From the human T2T-CHM13v2.0 reference genome, Homo sapiens, in the NCBI RefSeq assembly GCF_009914755.1, contig NC_060928.1: a stretch of 64,000 nucleotides of DNA; one strand, written 5' to 3'. Below are positions 10,419-25,714 of the stretch, piece by piece (the first letter of the stretch is position 1; the number at the start of each line of letters is the position of its first letter). Both the position numbers and the translations under genes were made by a program. Below the pieces are notes generated by a model, which ran no database searches, was not told the DNA's origin, and saw nothing but the letters and a program-made list of their open reading frames with translations.

Positions 10419-13400
10419 AAGTACCTATACTTTTAAAGTTGTCCTAATTTAGGGAAATGTACCAGCTAAACCTAAGCATGGAGTCTCACACTCCTTTAAC
10501 TCCAATTATTCTTAGAATATATTTTGTGCTTAGAATTTGAAGAGCATCTGACACAAGATTGGAATAGTTTTCCAACCAAATTTTTGTCTTCTAGTGTCAC
10601 CTCTCCTAGTGGGTATGATTATATGCTTTAGGGATAACACTTTGGCTGAAGTACTCAATATGTGTGTGGACTTCAGAAGTATCTATTATGGTTCTAGGCT
10701 TCTCAAGACAACATATAAAGCAATCCTCTTTTGCAATGTATTTTAAGGTCTTTCTAGTTGAACTTTTGTTATTTTGATAGACTTTATTTTATCCAAAAAT
10801 GCTTCTAAAACAAACATTTCAGGTTTTGGCTGACACATCATTCAGTTGTTTGCTTTGCTGAAATGCCTTCAACTCCCCCTCAAATAAAAATTGGATGAAA
10901 TTCCCAGACAAGTTTGAGCAAGAGAGGATCTGAGACACAGTAGTTTATTAAAATCCAATGTCCAAGTTTCTCTGAGACTCTGAGGCTAAAGTAAACAACA
11001 ACAACAACAAATTACTAGAATTAAAAGTAGAATTAATTCAGGTTGCAGGGTCATATTCTTTGTGTTTCTTCTCTACATGGATTCGTCTCTACAGGAAAAC
11101 AGTATTTTACATCAGGCCATGCACATCTGCTACTACTAAAATCTGTTTTTCCTCTCTGGATGAAACTCAAAAAGTAGTTGACTGAAGTTGTTTATGTAAA
11201 TGGTTCCAATTGCTTACAGAGAAGTAAACCTCAGTAGAATCTTGCGTTAGCCCTTACACATACACAAATACTATGTGTACTACAGAAATAGTTTTAGCAT
11301 GATTGGTGATATGTGTATTACCAAAGGCTATGTTCCTAAGAGCTCTGCTCTACCATATACTATGTCATGATGAAACATATATTAGGCATCTGACACACTG
11401 TGTTCTTAAAAAGTAAGTCCCATTACCTCTGTGGCCATCTCTCTAATTAGAAATATCTAGTCATTTCTAACAATTTCCAGCTACTATTGCATTTCTAGGG
11501 CAAAAAGTCAATGAGATAAAGTCAGGTAAAGTTATATTCTTGAACAAGTCCACTTTGGAGTAAAATTACAGAAATAAGAAAGCCCTTGTTTCAGGTACAT
11601 TTATTCCTGCAAAATCAGGTTTGTTATCAGAATAAGCAATTAAAAGAAATTAATATTCAGGAATTTTTGTCTCAGTTATATTGCTGCACCACAATAGACA
11701 CGCAAGGCAATTTCATGGTACTTGTAGTTACAATCTAGAATAGAAAGCAAAAATTAGCAATTTATATTATGTAAGATTCACAAGCCAGTTACAAAAGAAC
11801 TTAATTTAACAAAGTTTCCAATTCAAATTGCCAACAGGCTACTGCATTCCATGTGTATTGCATTAACATTAAGAAAAATGTGAAAAATGAGATAGCCTTT
11901 AAATAGTGATTTACCAACTACTTCAGGTGCGCTTGTTACATTGGCATGGAAATGTGTGAAAGCTATGAGGGAATAAGAGTTGAGTTACGAAAACTTTGCC
12001 AGCCTTCACATAAAGCACCCTTAAAGAGACTACTCCACATGAAATGAGTGTAACTGAGGCTAGCGGCATTATGGCATTAATATGGCAGAGTGGAATTATG
12101 GCATTTTGATCTCATCCTCATCAGGCCACCATTCCTAGATTATTCTGATACAAAGATTATATAAAAGAGTGACTATGCTATGAAGGCAAACAAATAAACA
12201 TAAAAAGTTCTAATCCTGTATAATTAAATAACACAAATGGTAATAACGATCTATGCCTTATTGTCCAGAAATGGCTGGTCAAGAACATTGGCCTACATCA
12301 CTGCAAGAATTAGGTACCAAGGAAGCTCTGATGAACAAGAAATCTTTAGGTATACAGAAGCCCAGTAGTTGATAAAGCAGTGGAAATGTCAAAAGGGGGT
12401 GAGGGGAAGCTAATTTCAAAATATGAAATCCCGTTCCCCTACCTATAGGCCTTATATTAAACTAAGGTATCTTTCACCTGGCATCTAAAAGGACAGGAAC
12501 CTCTCAGAGCCCTACTACATTGCTTCTAGATTACAGTCTCTATTTTGCAAATTTCAGTGTTTCTGATGATGAAAGGAGGATTTGTTTTAAGCAAAAGTCC
12601 CTAAATCTAGGAAAACAAAATTTGGAGCTTGTTCTAATCACTAGTAACTAGCTGTATGCCTTTTAATAAACTTACATCAATAAAGATGTGAGCTGTAGCC
12701 TCCTTAGGCGCTTCAAACAGGAAGTCTATGAAATCCGGCAAAGGTAAAAGCCAAGTCAGAAGGATATATAACACATTTGCAAAGCAGTTTTTTCCCTACT
12801 CACATTAAAAGAATCTTGTATTATAGCCAAAGCATATCAAAATGCTGCATATCATAATCTGCTCCTCTGCTCTTTAATCAACTATTTTTATCTTAAACTG
12901 TGCAAATAATGAGAAGAAATTCCAAAGGACATATGGAAGGAATTATCTGTTGATCTCAGTTTGAAAATATCATCATCCTCTAAAAAGCCCAACATTCTTA
13001 AATAATTCACTATCTGGCAACTGAGCCACCACTTTCATCATGTAACAATCATTCAGAGTATCTACTATGTGCCAAGTCATACAGTAGACACTTGGTGTAT
13101 AAACACAAATGAGAAATGAGACGATTACTGACTTTAAGCAATAATCAAGACAGAGCAGGCCAAAGGAGAAATAATGACATGTAAACAAATAAATCCAAAA
13201 ATAACAACAACAAAAAAAAGAGCCCATCCAGGGAACCCAAAAGTTAAAGTGTTTAACCTCAAGTGCAACTTTTGAGCAATCTTCCTACTTTAATACTTTA
13301 AGCCTTGAACTCCTATGACTGTAACTTTTGGCTGAAATTTGAAAGACAAGAAATCTTGAATAACAGGAAGATAACAGATTATTTTGCTTAAATTCAAAGC

Positions 13401-13599
13401 CCCAAAATAGGCTTCTTCAAGTTCTTTGCAATTTTATACCTTATTCTTCTCCATTAGTAAGTGAAATAAAATAATCCTCAGTTCCCTACTTTCACTAATA
13501 TAGTCTTCAATTCTTGCCTTTAAACTCCAACATAAAAATAACCAATATTTGTTTTGAATTTTAGAGGTTATAAAATACTTTGACATACTTTGCAGATCA

Positions 13600-13770
13600 T
13601 TTGTTTCTCACTGTGGAACATTATTATCTTCATTTTACAGATGTAAAATGACGTAACCTGAGACTCCAAGAGGTTAAATAATTTCTGCAAAGTTAAACAA
13701 TTAACAATTGGAAGAGCTAGAATTGTAAACCTGGTCTTGGTGGCCAGATCCAAGTCTCCTTCTGTTGTAT
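13600..13770 (+). mobile_element. MIR fragment
   Basis: ATTTTACAGATG...AGAGGTTAAATAATTT core similarity. Confidence 0.55.
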
Positions 13771-14933
13771 TGTACCAGGCTCTACTGATTTCTAACAGTC
13801 TCTCTGCCTTCACTCCCTCCTTTCCTTTTCACCTATTTCTATTATTACAATAATCTTATAACTGGTCTCCCTCCAGTATAAAAGTATAAAATTAGGTCCC
13901 TTCCTCACAGTCCCTCCAGTTCCTACTTAAATCATTTGGTAACACAGACCAATTTGCCAGAAAAAGGCATGTAAGTACAAACATATACAAAGATTTTTTT
14001 AATATAATGTCAAGCCCATTCACAGACGCCCCCCTAGATTAATAACTTTGCCTTACCCCCTCAGATATATGCCACAAATCTCCAAATGACTCATCTCCTG
14101 AAACTCTTCCTTGATCATCTTTCAAGGCTCAAAACTTTAGTGGTTTCCCACTACCTAGTAAATGAAAGAGGAATCCATAACCCTGGCATCCCAGGCCATT
14201 CTCGTCTCTCTAAGTTCACTAACAAATCCCAGATCCTGTATTCTAGGTAATAATTGCCATCCCTCAAACATAGCTTTTGCTTTCTCACCACAGTACTCTA
14301 AACACTACATCTTATCTACCACCAGCCTCTACCTTCACATGAACCTAAGCTCTCTCTGCTTAAACAGACTCCTTAACAGAACTCACTTTTCCTCCCACAT
14401 ATAGCCCATTCCATCTTTGAACTGTCCTCGTGTCAAAGAAATAAAAAATAAACAACAGAAAACTCTTTTTTGTGTTAAAGCAAAAATTATCTTATCTCCC
14501 TTTAACATTTGTGGTATCTGAAGCAAAAGGCAACAAATCTAATCCAGTCCCACACAATCTTTCCTTTCTGCTTGCCCTTCTTAGAGCACCATGTCCTTTT
14601 CTCATTGTGTGGCACACAGAACTGAGCACAGTTCTCTGTTTGATGGACACAGTGCTTTTCTCCCTGACAGTTGCTTGAGCACAGAAAGACAGAATAGCAA
14701 GGTTCTTCACTGCTTTGTCTGGACACCATTCGTCAGTGCTACCCAAGACTGAATTAATTTCATGGGCAACCATATTGTATTGCTGAGTCTTATTAAAGTT
14801 GCAGGACGCTAAAACCAGTGAGTTTTTCACTTGTGCTGTATTTCAGCCAAATTTCCTGGAACTAAAGGCAGCATTTTATTTCATCCTTATTCCATATTGC
14901 TTGTTAGAATCAGCCTATCAAGATATTTTGCCA

Positions 14934-15090
14934 GGTGAGGGGAGGGAACTTGGAGGACCAGTCAATAAGTGCAGCAAACCACGATGACACGCGTATACCT
15001 ATGTAACAAACCTGCACGTTCTGCACATGTATCCTAGTTTTTTTTTTAGAAGAAATTTTTAAAAATTGGTCTTCCCATATATGAAAAAAA
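14934..15090 (+). mobile_element. 5'-truncated L1PA 3' end with perfect 14-bp TSD
   Basis: TATACCTATGTAACAAACCTGCACGTTCTGCACATGTATCC L1PA 3'UTR motif; AAGATATTTTGCCA at 14920-14933 and 15091-15104. Confidence 0.88.
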
Positions 15091-15744
15091 AAGATATTTT
15101 GCCATCATGATCCTACCTTCCAACATATTACTTGTCCCTCCCCTTCTTCTGGCACCCAAAAATATAATCAATTTACCATCAGTGTCCTTTATCAGTTTAG
15201 CAATTAATATGTTGAACACGACAAAGATAAGCATCTGTCAATTCCACTTATTCTTCCCCATCATCATTCTTCAACTACGTCTCCTCTAAGCAAGTGGGTC
15301 TTAACCTAAGCAACTCCTGGGTCTCATCTCCAAAGATTCAGCAGATTTAGAGCAGGGGCTCAGGAACCTGGACTATTAACAAGCTAAATGAATCTAACAT
15401 TTTGGTAAAAATATCTCACTTTAAAAATGGTGCCCTAAACTTTTTCTGGTCATATCAGCAAAGTCAACATCTCCTTCCTCTCAGCTCCTATAACTACATA
15501 GTAAACTCTGTAACAGCAAGGATTCTATCTGACTTGTTCTCCACTATATCTCTAGTACATAGCAGGTGCCTGAGAACATTAAGGGCTCAATAATTATTTG
15601 TTAAGTGAATGAATTAATATGATCTTTATTGTTCATGCCACTCAGGTAACACAGGAATGTGTTAAACCCACTAGTAAACAGGTGGACTCTGAAGCTCAAT
15701 TATATCCCCAAATAGCCACTGTTATGTAAAATACAGGTTTGATC

Positions 15745-16025
15745 AGGCTGGGAAGCAAGGCGGGCAGATCACTTGAGGTCAGGAGTACAAGACCAGCCTG
15801 GCCAACATGGTAAAACCCCGTCTCTATTAAAAATACAAAAATTAGCCAGGCATGGTGACGCACACCTGTAATCCCAGCTACTCAAGAGGCTGACGCGGGA
15901 GAATCCTTAAACCTGGCAGGGCAGAGGCTGCAGTAAGCCAAGATCGTGCCACTACACTCCAGCTAGGGCAACAAAGTGAGACTCCATCTCAAAAAATAAT
16001 AATAATAATAATAAATAAATAAATA
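15745..16025 (+). mobile_element. Alu (AluS-like), 5'-truncated, (AAT)n/(AAAT)n tail
   Basis: Alu consensus. Confidence 0.9.
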
Positions 16026-16099
16026 AAATACATATTATCTGCAGCACCTTGAATGTGGAAGATGACTGCACAAATATTTACTGAAGTACAAAAATGGAA

Positions 16100-17050
16100 G
16101 AAAACAGAGATCCTAGGAACAAGGATATATGAGAATTTGGCATATGACAGCATAATCAGTGGGTAAAGACTAGAATATTTAATAAAAAAATGCTGCGAAA
16201 ACTATCCATAAAGAAAAGTATAAGATTAGGTCCTTTCTTCATACCATATACTATAAACAAAAATAAACTGGAAAAATTAAACTTCTAAATATTAAAAGCA
16301 AAACTATAAAGGTAATTTTTAGGAAAACAAATAAGAGAATATCTTCACCAAATGGGGCAAAGATTTTTTAAATAAGAAATACAAAGCTTTTGTAAAACTT
16401 TTAAGAAAATGATGACACTTTTAAATATATGAAGACAGTTTTGTAAGAAAAAGGCCATAAACAAGTAAAAGGACAAGGTCCAGACTAGGAAAAAGTACTT
16501 GTAACACCTAACAACAAAGACTTAGCACACAGAACATATCCAAAAATTTAAAAAATCAATTACAAATAGACAAATAGCCCAATACAAAAACAGGCAAAGT
16601 ATATGAACAAAGAATTCATGAAAGAGGAAGACATTGGTCAGGGAAATACAATTAAAAAGAAACCCCAAAACTTTGTGATTGGCAAAAAATTTAAAATTTT
16701 GATAGTATCAAGTTTAGGTGGAGTGGTGAGGAAACAGGAACTTACACATTGCTGGGTTATAAACTGATACAATTTCTTCAAAGGATAAATTGGCAAGGCT
16801 TGAAAAATTGAAGGGAATCCATATTCCAGGACCCAGAAAAATGTCCCCATGTGCACACACCCAGTGAGACTTGTACCTGGTTGTTTATTGCAACATTGTT
16901 TTCTATCAATGAAAGAATGGAAAGCAGCTAACTATGCAGCAACAGGCGAATAAATAAACTGGTTCAGTCTTTCAATAGCAGTTAAAATTCATGGAGCAGT
17001 TAAAGTGAATGAACAAATCTGCATGGATGGATCGTAAGTACATAATGAGG
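16100..17050 (+). mobile_element. Ancient L1M ORF2/3' fragment
   Basis: A-rich, degenerate L1 ORF2 C-terminal motifs. Confidence 0.55.
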
Positions 17051-17883
17051 CAAAGGTATGTACCGTATGATATCACATAAGAAAAAACAGAAAAATTTCT
17101 GCTTGCAAAAATGTTTCAACAATGTGGTACACATTTTTTTAAAACTTCATTGTGACAATGTTCAAAACACAAAATTAAAATAGTACAATGAAACTCTGTA
17201 CTCAACACATTGCTTTAATAATTATCAATATTTTGACAAGCATTGGTATACATATTTAAATACCAAAATTAATGCTGAGGAAAGGGCCATTAACCAAGGC
17301 CCACAAAAAAGCACTAAACAAGAGAAAGTAGAGCCAGTTCTACTGCAGGATCTGCCACCATGAGCTCCGTGACTCTGGTGACTCTGCATGACCTCTCCTC
17401 TGAACTGGGAAGACTTCAGAAAGGACTGATAAAATGTTTGGGACAAGAAGAAATAATCAGGACTAAACTATAGGAAACCAAGAATGAAACATATGCAACC
17501 TTTCTCAAAGGTACAAGACACCAAGACTCAAAGAATCAAAAACACTACAACTGCATTCCCTAGTCCTTATCATTATAACTAAATAATCCGAGGTCTATTC
17601 TACCTCCACAAAGATATAATTTCAGCCTCAGATACGTTCTTGGGGGGAGCACTGACATTGCTGCCTCCTCTCCAAAAACCCCTGTTCTTCTATTCTCCCT
17701 AAATCCAGAGTTTGTTTTAACACCAGGGTAGCAAGTGGCCTTCTAAGGGCTCTCTTTGCTCCTTTTGTCACTCCCTCATTCCACAGGGCTGCTGGCACAA
17801 GCAGCGAAAGCTCATAGCCTGGCTCTGACACCTTGAGTGCTGTAGAGCATGAGGGGATTGGAAGAACTGATGAATAGAAGCTA

Positions 17884-18060
<177 letters not shown>

Positions 18061-18753
18061 TCAACGTCAGTAAAAGGCAAAAAAGCAAAGGAAAGCACTG
18101 GTTAAAGCAATGGCTTTAATAACTTTAATGCCTTGCAGGTGGGGGAAAAGGAAAGCAAAAGGGACTCCAGGATACATCCCTTCCTACTTTGAGAAGGAGA
18201 CCCCACAACTCTGAGCAGGCCCAGCATCAGCAACTCTAAAGATTTGCTTATAGGCATTTGTATAGATCCCACCTATCTGACACTCTTAGAAACAAGTTGT
18301 CTTCTTTATATTTCATGATTTAAAGTGTAATTTCTCTCCTCACTCTACCTCGCCTATGCAGTCTGAAGAAGTATTTAATAAAGTTTTCCATGAGTAAATT
18401 CTACAAACAAAAAACTTAGATTAAACTGAGTCAAGTCTGAAACAAATACATTCTAAATTAGATGAATCTTTGTAGTTACACACACTTCCAGGTCTCCTGT
18501 TAAATTATTTTGTTTCTGCCATATAACTTTTCAGCAACACATCTAATCTCTTAAATCAGGCTGGTATAAGAACATGGTGTATACCAAGTAAACATAGGTC
18601 AAAGGACAGTGAAATTATCAGTGAAATCTGAATTTAGTTTAGAAAATAAAATGAGTACAAGTCCCTTATATAACAGAACATCCCCAGTTTGTAACACTCT
18701 ATGTATATAAATAATTCTGTAATATAAAAAATCTCTTTTGGAGGAACATTTAC

Positions 18754-18832
18754 CTTAAAGAATTTTTCCCACCAATGATCCGCTTCTGCCGACGGTGCAG
18801 TAATCTCAAGCCACAAACAGATGAGAGGGACT
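18754..18832 (-). CDS. PRSS12: Neurotrypsin exon 10; zymogen activation site RRQKR|IIGG
   Basis: SLSSVCGLRLLHRRQKRIIGGKNSL; CAG acceptor, GTAAAT donor; 79 nt. Confidence 0.96.
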
Positions 18833-20831
18833 CTGAAGCAGAAATAGGTCATTAATTAAACTATCACATTGCTGACAGAGGGGTAAGACGATAAGTGACA
18901 TACTCCACTGATGCTTCCTCCTCTATGTCAAAATGCCTTTTCTCTGCAAATTAAAATTTTTCTTGTAACAAAAATAGTTTTCTCATTTGACTAAATGACA
19001 ATAATTTGCAAGTAGACAAGAAACATTATGAGGTTTCCCATTCTTCACCTCTGAGGGGTTCATGGGCTGCTGACTGGTTTGACTCTGTCCAGTACTTTAT
19101 CCTGGTAGGTACCTATATCTCCTGCTGCTGCTATTTGGTGTAATGTATGGAACAAAATGTATGGAACATTAAACAAAATAAGAGAACTGCAAAGGCAGTA
19201 ATGGCCTAAATTACTTACTTTCCACATGCAAGACTGTTCTAAGTCACATAAAAAAATGTAACTCAGAAGAGCAAAGCACATTCCCAGGCTAGAATTCTGA
19301 TCTGAATTTACATTTACTTAGCATGTCAACATACGGAAAGGGTTTGCTAAGCCAATTGAAGTGGTAAACTATGGTTAAGGGTATACAGGCAAACCTCCCA
19401 AGGTAACAGACTTCTGTCAAGAACATACAAAAAAGAAGAATTAAATTAAAAATATATAAAAAGGTGGTATATGAAAGAAAGGCAAATGCAACAGGTATGA
19501 CTAATTTTTAAAATATTTGAGAAAACAGGAGAATTTATATAGAGGTACTTTGTTTCTTTGGTTAAATATATGTGTATAAAGTATAGATATGTACTGTTTT
19601 TCTATCTAAGAGGAGGAGGGTGGGAACTGTGCCAAGTACAGGAAGACCTAATCAACACTAATGGTCTCCCATAATAACCAGGTAGAAGGGAGCCCAACAG
19701 GGAATCAGCAATAGTTATTTCTTGGTGGAGAAAGACGTTCAACAATGTGTACCAAGATGATTAATTTGCAAAATGATCTCAGAGGTATGCTTTCAAACTT
19801 TAACCTTCATTTCTTACAATATGAGTCCTCTAGATGACACTGCAAATTGTAAGATATTAGAAAAAACATAAGTTTCCAATAATGCTCCAAGTTGGGTCAA
19901 TGTATATGATGCCAAGAAAAGGAATGATGTAATGTTTAAAACAAGCAAAATTTTAAGTTTACATCATTCTGGGGCAAAGAACCAGCCTGCAAGAAAGTAA
20001 ACTCTATTTAAAGTCATACACTATTATTTAAAATTTTTTAAAAGAAAAATGAAGTTCATTTATAAAAGAAACCCATCAGATGACCAATAACCAATGGCTT
20101 CAGTTTGAATCACCTTATAGATGTCACCAGGTCCTGAGTATCAACATAAAATCAACTGGTTAATATGCCAGATTCTGTAATCTAGCTGGGCTAAGATGAA
20201 ATCTTTTTACTTGAAGTATGGTAGCATTGCCATAACCATGGAAAGATATCAAAAAGAATATTGCTATAATTCTAGGAAGGCATTAAAAACAAACATATAA
20301 ATAATGTTTTTTATGTTTTTCAACTGCTTACGGAATTTCACATAATTCAAAGAATCAGTTATATCCCATTTGTAATGGTAATTTAAATTATTAAAGGGAA
20401 TTCAGTAAATTAAGTTATAATCAGTATTCAGGGGAAAGAGCTGGCCAAATCATTCACATATATACATATATCTATACACACATTCATATATAAAAATATG
20501 TATATATATTTAATATATATGAATAGAAAATAAAGTGAAAAGGATTGTAAGTGTTCTTTTCACAATCAGAAGCCCCTCAGACAGCAAAGAATCATATTAA
20601 CGACATCCAATTCACTTATTGCATTGTCTTTGGCAGTTATTAAAAGGTGTTAGAAAAAGAGAATCCTCAAAATACAGGTGCACCTGATTTTAACAAAATC
20701 CAGTGTATCAGAACTATAAACTTTCAATCCAGATAAAGAGGCAACTGTTCTTTTCATAAAATGTACCACAAATTTCTCCAAAATAGCTCATTCTCTCAGT
20801 CATTTAAAGAATGTTTCATAAAAATTAAATA

Positions 20832-21136
<305 letters not shown>

Positions 21137-21708
21137 TTAAATGTATGCAGAGCTTTCAAGAACTCTATTCATTTAAAGTATGAAACATTACTGTATCATA
21201 TGAAAGGATTACTTATCATTTTCCTTAAATTTTTAAATTTCAGAGAATAAAATCTACAAAACATCATTTTCTTTTTGAAATTCATTTTTAAATATCCTTG
21301 TTTAAAATATTAGTAAGACTTTAGAAATGCCTTTAATTCATTTCTATATTTTCATTTCTTTCCTTTTTATGAAGTCATTATCAATTCTGAATCTTCAAAG
21401 ATAGCAACAAGCATGAGAGCTTTATTACATCTAAAAAAGGAAACAGAGAAATGGCTAAGAAAGTGAAAAGAGGATGATCCCAGAGATTACAAGGCCCCGT
21501 AAATTCATTCCTACCCCTGAACCTTGTTCTGCCTGTCAGCCCCACCTAGGCAAGTTTGCCAAGAACTACCGGATCTAAGTAATAGCACAAGACATGGATC
21601 TGTATACGTTCTTGTTGTACTAGATTTCTGTTATCAAAGTACTGCTTATAGTAATGGAATGGGAATTAGTATTCCTTGACTTGTTTAGGGCTCCAGAAGG
21701 TGACTTAC

Positions 21709-21914
21709 CTTTATTACTGTTACCTGAGGCCTTCTTGCCAAAATAATCACAAATAACTCCTGCATCTTCACTGTGGCGGCAGTTGTGTCTTCCAATATCT
21801 TGCTTGATACAGTCAGCCAAGGACCTCTCATTTCCTGTGCACTTCACATTATCCACATGGATGGGTCCTTTTCCTTCTCCAAAGTAAGCCATGGTTCTTG
21901 CTCTGGCAGGACCC
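21709..21914 (-). CDS. PRSS12: Neurotrypsin exon 9 (SRCR4 second half)
   Basis: GPARARTMAYFGEGKGPIHVDNVKC...HSEDAGVICDY; CAG acceptor, GTAAGT donor; 206 nt. Confidence 0.97.
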
Positions 21915-22268
21915 CTGAAGACAGAACATTCTTAATCATGTGAAGAATCAGTCAGTCATATATCTGAATAAATCACAACATGTATTCAATTTTATTCCTT
22001 AATTTTTACATATTAAAATTAGCATCTGCATGTGCTAAAAACCATTTGTTTCATGACTGTCAAAAAAAATTAAATAAAAAAGGTATTAACTATACTTTCC
22101 CATACTCCACAGCTACTTTATTACATCACTTGCCTCTAATTTAGCTTTTTCTAAGAAACTTACATTTAATGGCACATCAAAAAATCATGATAGTCTTTAA
22201 CTCTCGTTTAAGCAGGAAAAAATCACCTCTAAATTTTTTACCCTCTTAAAGAGTACAATACTCTCTTA

Positions 22269-23293
<1,025 letters not shown>

Positions 23294-25411
23294 TAAAAGT
23301 ACAATTTTTAACGGAGACAGAGAAAAATAGGAATCATGACTAAATGGCAGATTTACTTTTAGTTTATTAATTTTTTGTTTAATAACACATTTTAAAGTAT
23401 GCAAATACAAAAATATTTAAATGAAATAAATATTTCAAACTAACGCCATATTTAGAACTCAATTTCTGATAAATTAATGAAATAGTTATCAAAGGCAAAA
23501 GCTTTCAAGCAAATTAATGAAATAGTTATCAGAAGCAAAAGCTTTCCAGATGAATTATTGGAAAACTATCCTTGAAATCTCAAGTTAGGGAAAAACTTAA
23601 TAAAGTGGACATAGAGGGTATAAACTATAAATTTTAAAATTGATAAACTTAAAAATTAAGAATGTAGCTTTCCTAAAAACTACTCCAAGGAAAGTGGAAA
23701 GATAAATTTAAAAGTTGATATTTCTAGAAATATATTTGTTGGTGAATATACTTTCTAGTAGAGAATAATGGCATACAATAGACAAAGAAATCATTTAAAA
23801 AATAAGTAATCTGTTTTTAACAAAACTGTAGGTGATTCTTCTGCGGATAGTTCTCCATCAAACTTTGGCAAAGAAAACTAAGTTATTTCTTCATTGTTGC
23901 GCATGTGTTTTAAAATTATTAGACTTCTTACAATTATATATATATCCTTATACATAAATCTTTGTGGGCAGCTTAGATTTCTTCCTAGAAGTTTTATTCT
24001 ACTTTTTTCTATTTTTTAATCAATTAATTAATTATATTATTTATTGCATTTTTTAAATTTTATGTATTTATTGTATATCACGGTTCTTGTCTGTCTGAAA
24101 TTTATTTCTGTCTTACTATTAGTGTTAGTAAGAAATCTAGCTTTATTTTTGTCCTTAAAGTAGTTGTCCCAATAACCTGCTGATTTGAAAGTCTTTCTTA
24201 TTTATCATGCTATATGTGCACAAGCCATTTCTTGGTCTTTATAGTTCAGTAATTCACAACCTTGGCTACCCATCAGAATTGCCTTTGAAAACACTTAAAG
24301 TATAGCACAACCTGAACCTCATCTCACATGAATTAAAGTAGAATGGGTAGTGTTTTTTCAAGTTCCAAAATGATTTCAATCTAAAACCAAGGTTGAAAGC
24401 CACTGCTGCAGTGTCACTGACCTCTTTGACTATTCCTGTGCCAGTACCACATGGACTGGATTTCAGATGAATTTGGAAGTCAAATCCCCCTCCCCACCCC
24501 ATATGCACACCAAGAAAAATGAAAGATTTTTACTAGCATAGTATTTAATGTATAAATTTATTTCTATTTTGTCTTCACATTCAGGATTGCGGTACATCTC
24601 TTCATTGATAAGGTCTTCTAGCTTTAGTAAAGACTTAGGTTTTTCACATAGGTCTCAATTCTTACAAAGTGTATTCCTAGTTTTTGTTTTGTTGTTAGTT
24701 TTTGTAACTTCTACAGATCTGTTTTTCTTTTTATTTTCTACTTATCCCACAGGCAGACGATTGCCTTTTAAGTATTTATGTTTTATCTTGTTACATTAAT
24801 AAACACTAGTTCTAGTCTCTTTCCAGTTGATTCTCTTGGGTTTTCTAGGTGAACAATCATATTATTCATATAAATATTCTGACCCTTCCTTTTCAATACT
24901 GATACCTCAATTCTTAAGGCTTTAGTGCAACCTCCAGACAATGCTATCATTGCAGTAATGGCAGGCACTCTTTTGTTCCTATTTGATGCTTATTTGTGAT
25001 ATAAAATTAAAGCAGTTTAATTTTGTTCTCAGCTTCCTAAGAAGGAATGTTGATTTTATCATATAACTTTTCAACATTATTAAGATATTTGTTTAATCAT
25101 TTATTAAAATTATTGTATATTTATGGGTGACACACTGAATTACATTAATTGAATGTCTCAGTTTGAATCACTCTTACATTCCTACAACAGACTCCACTTA
25201 CTGGTGGTATATTGCTCTTTTAATACATTGTAGAATTAAATTTGCTAATATTTTGTTAGCAAAATAACTTTGTATGTAGATTCATTAGATTGAGGTATAG
25301 TTTTCTTTTTTGTGTGTTTACTTACCTAGTCTTGAAATCACATTAAATTAGCTTCATAAAATAAATGGAAAGATTTCCATAAGTTTCTTTGCTCTGCAAC
25401 AATTCATGTAA

Positions 25412-25714
<303 letters not shown>

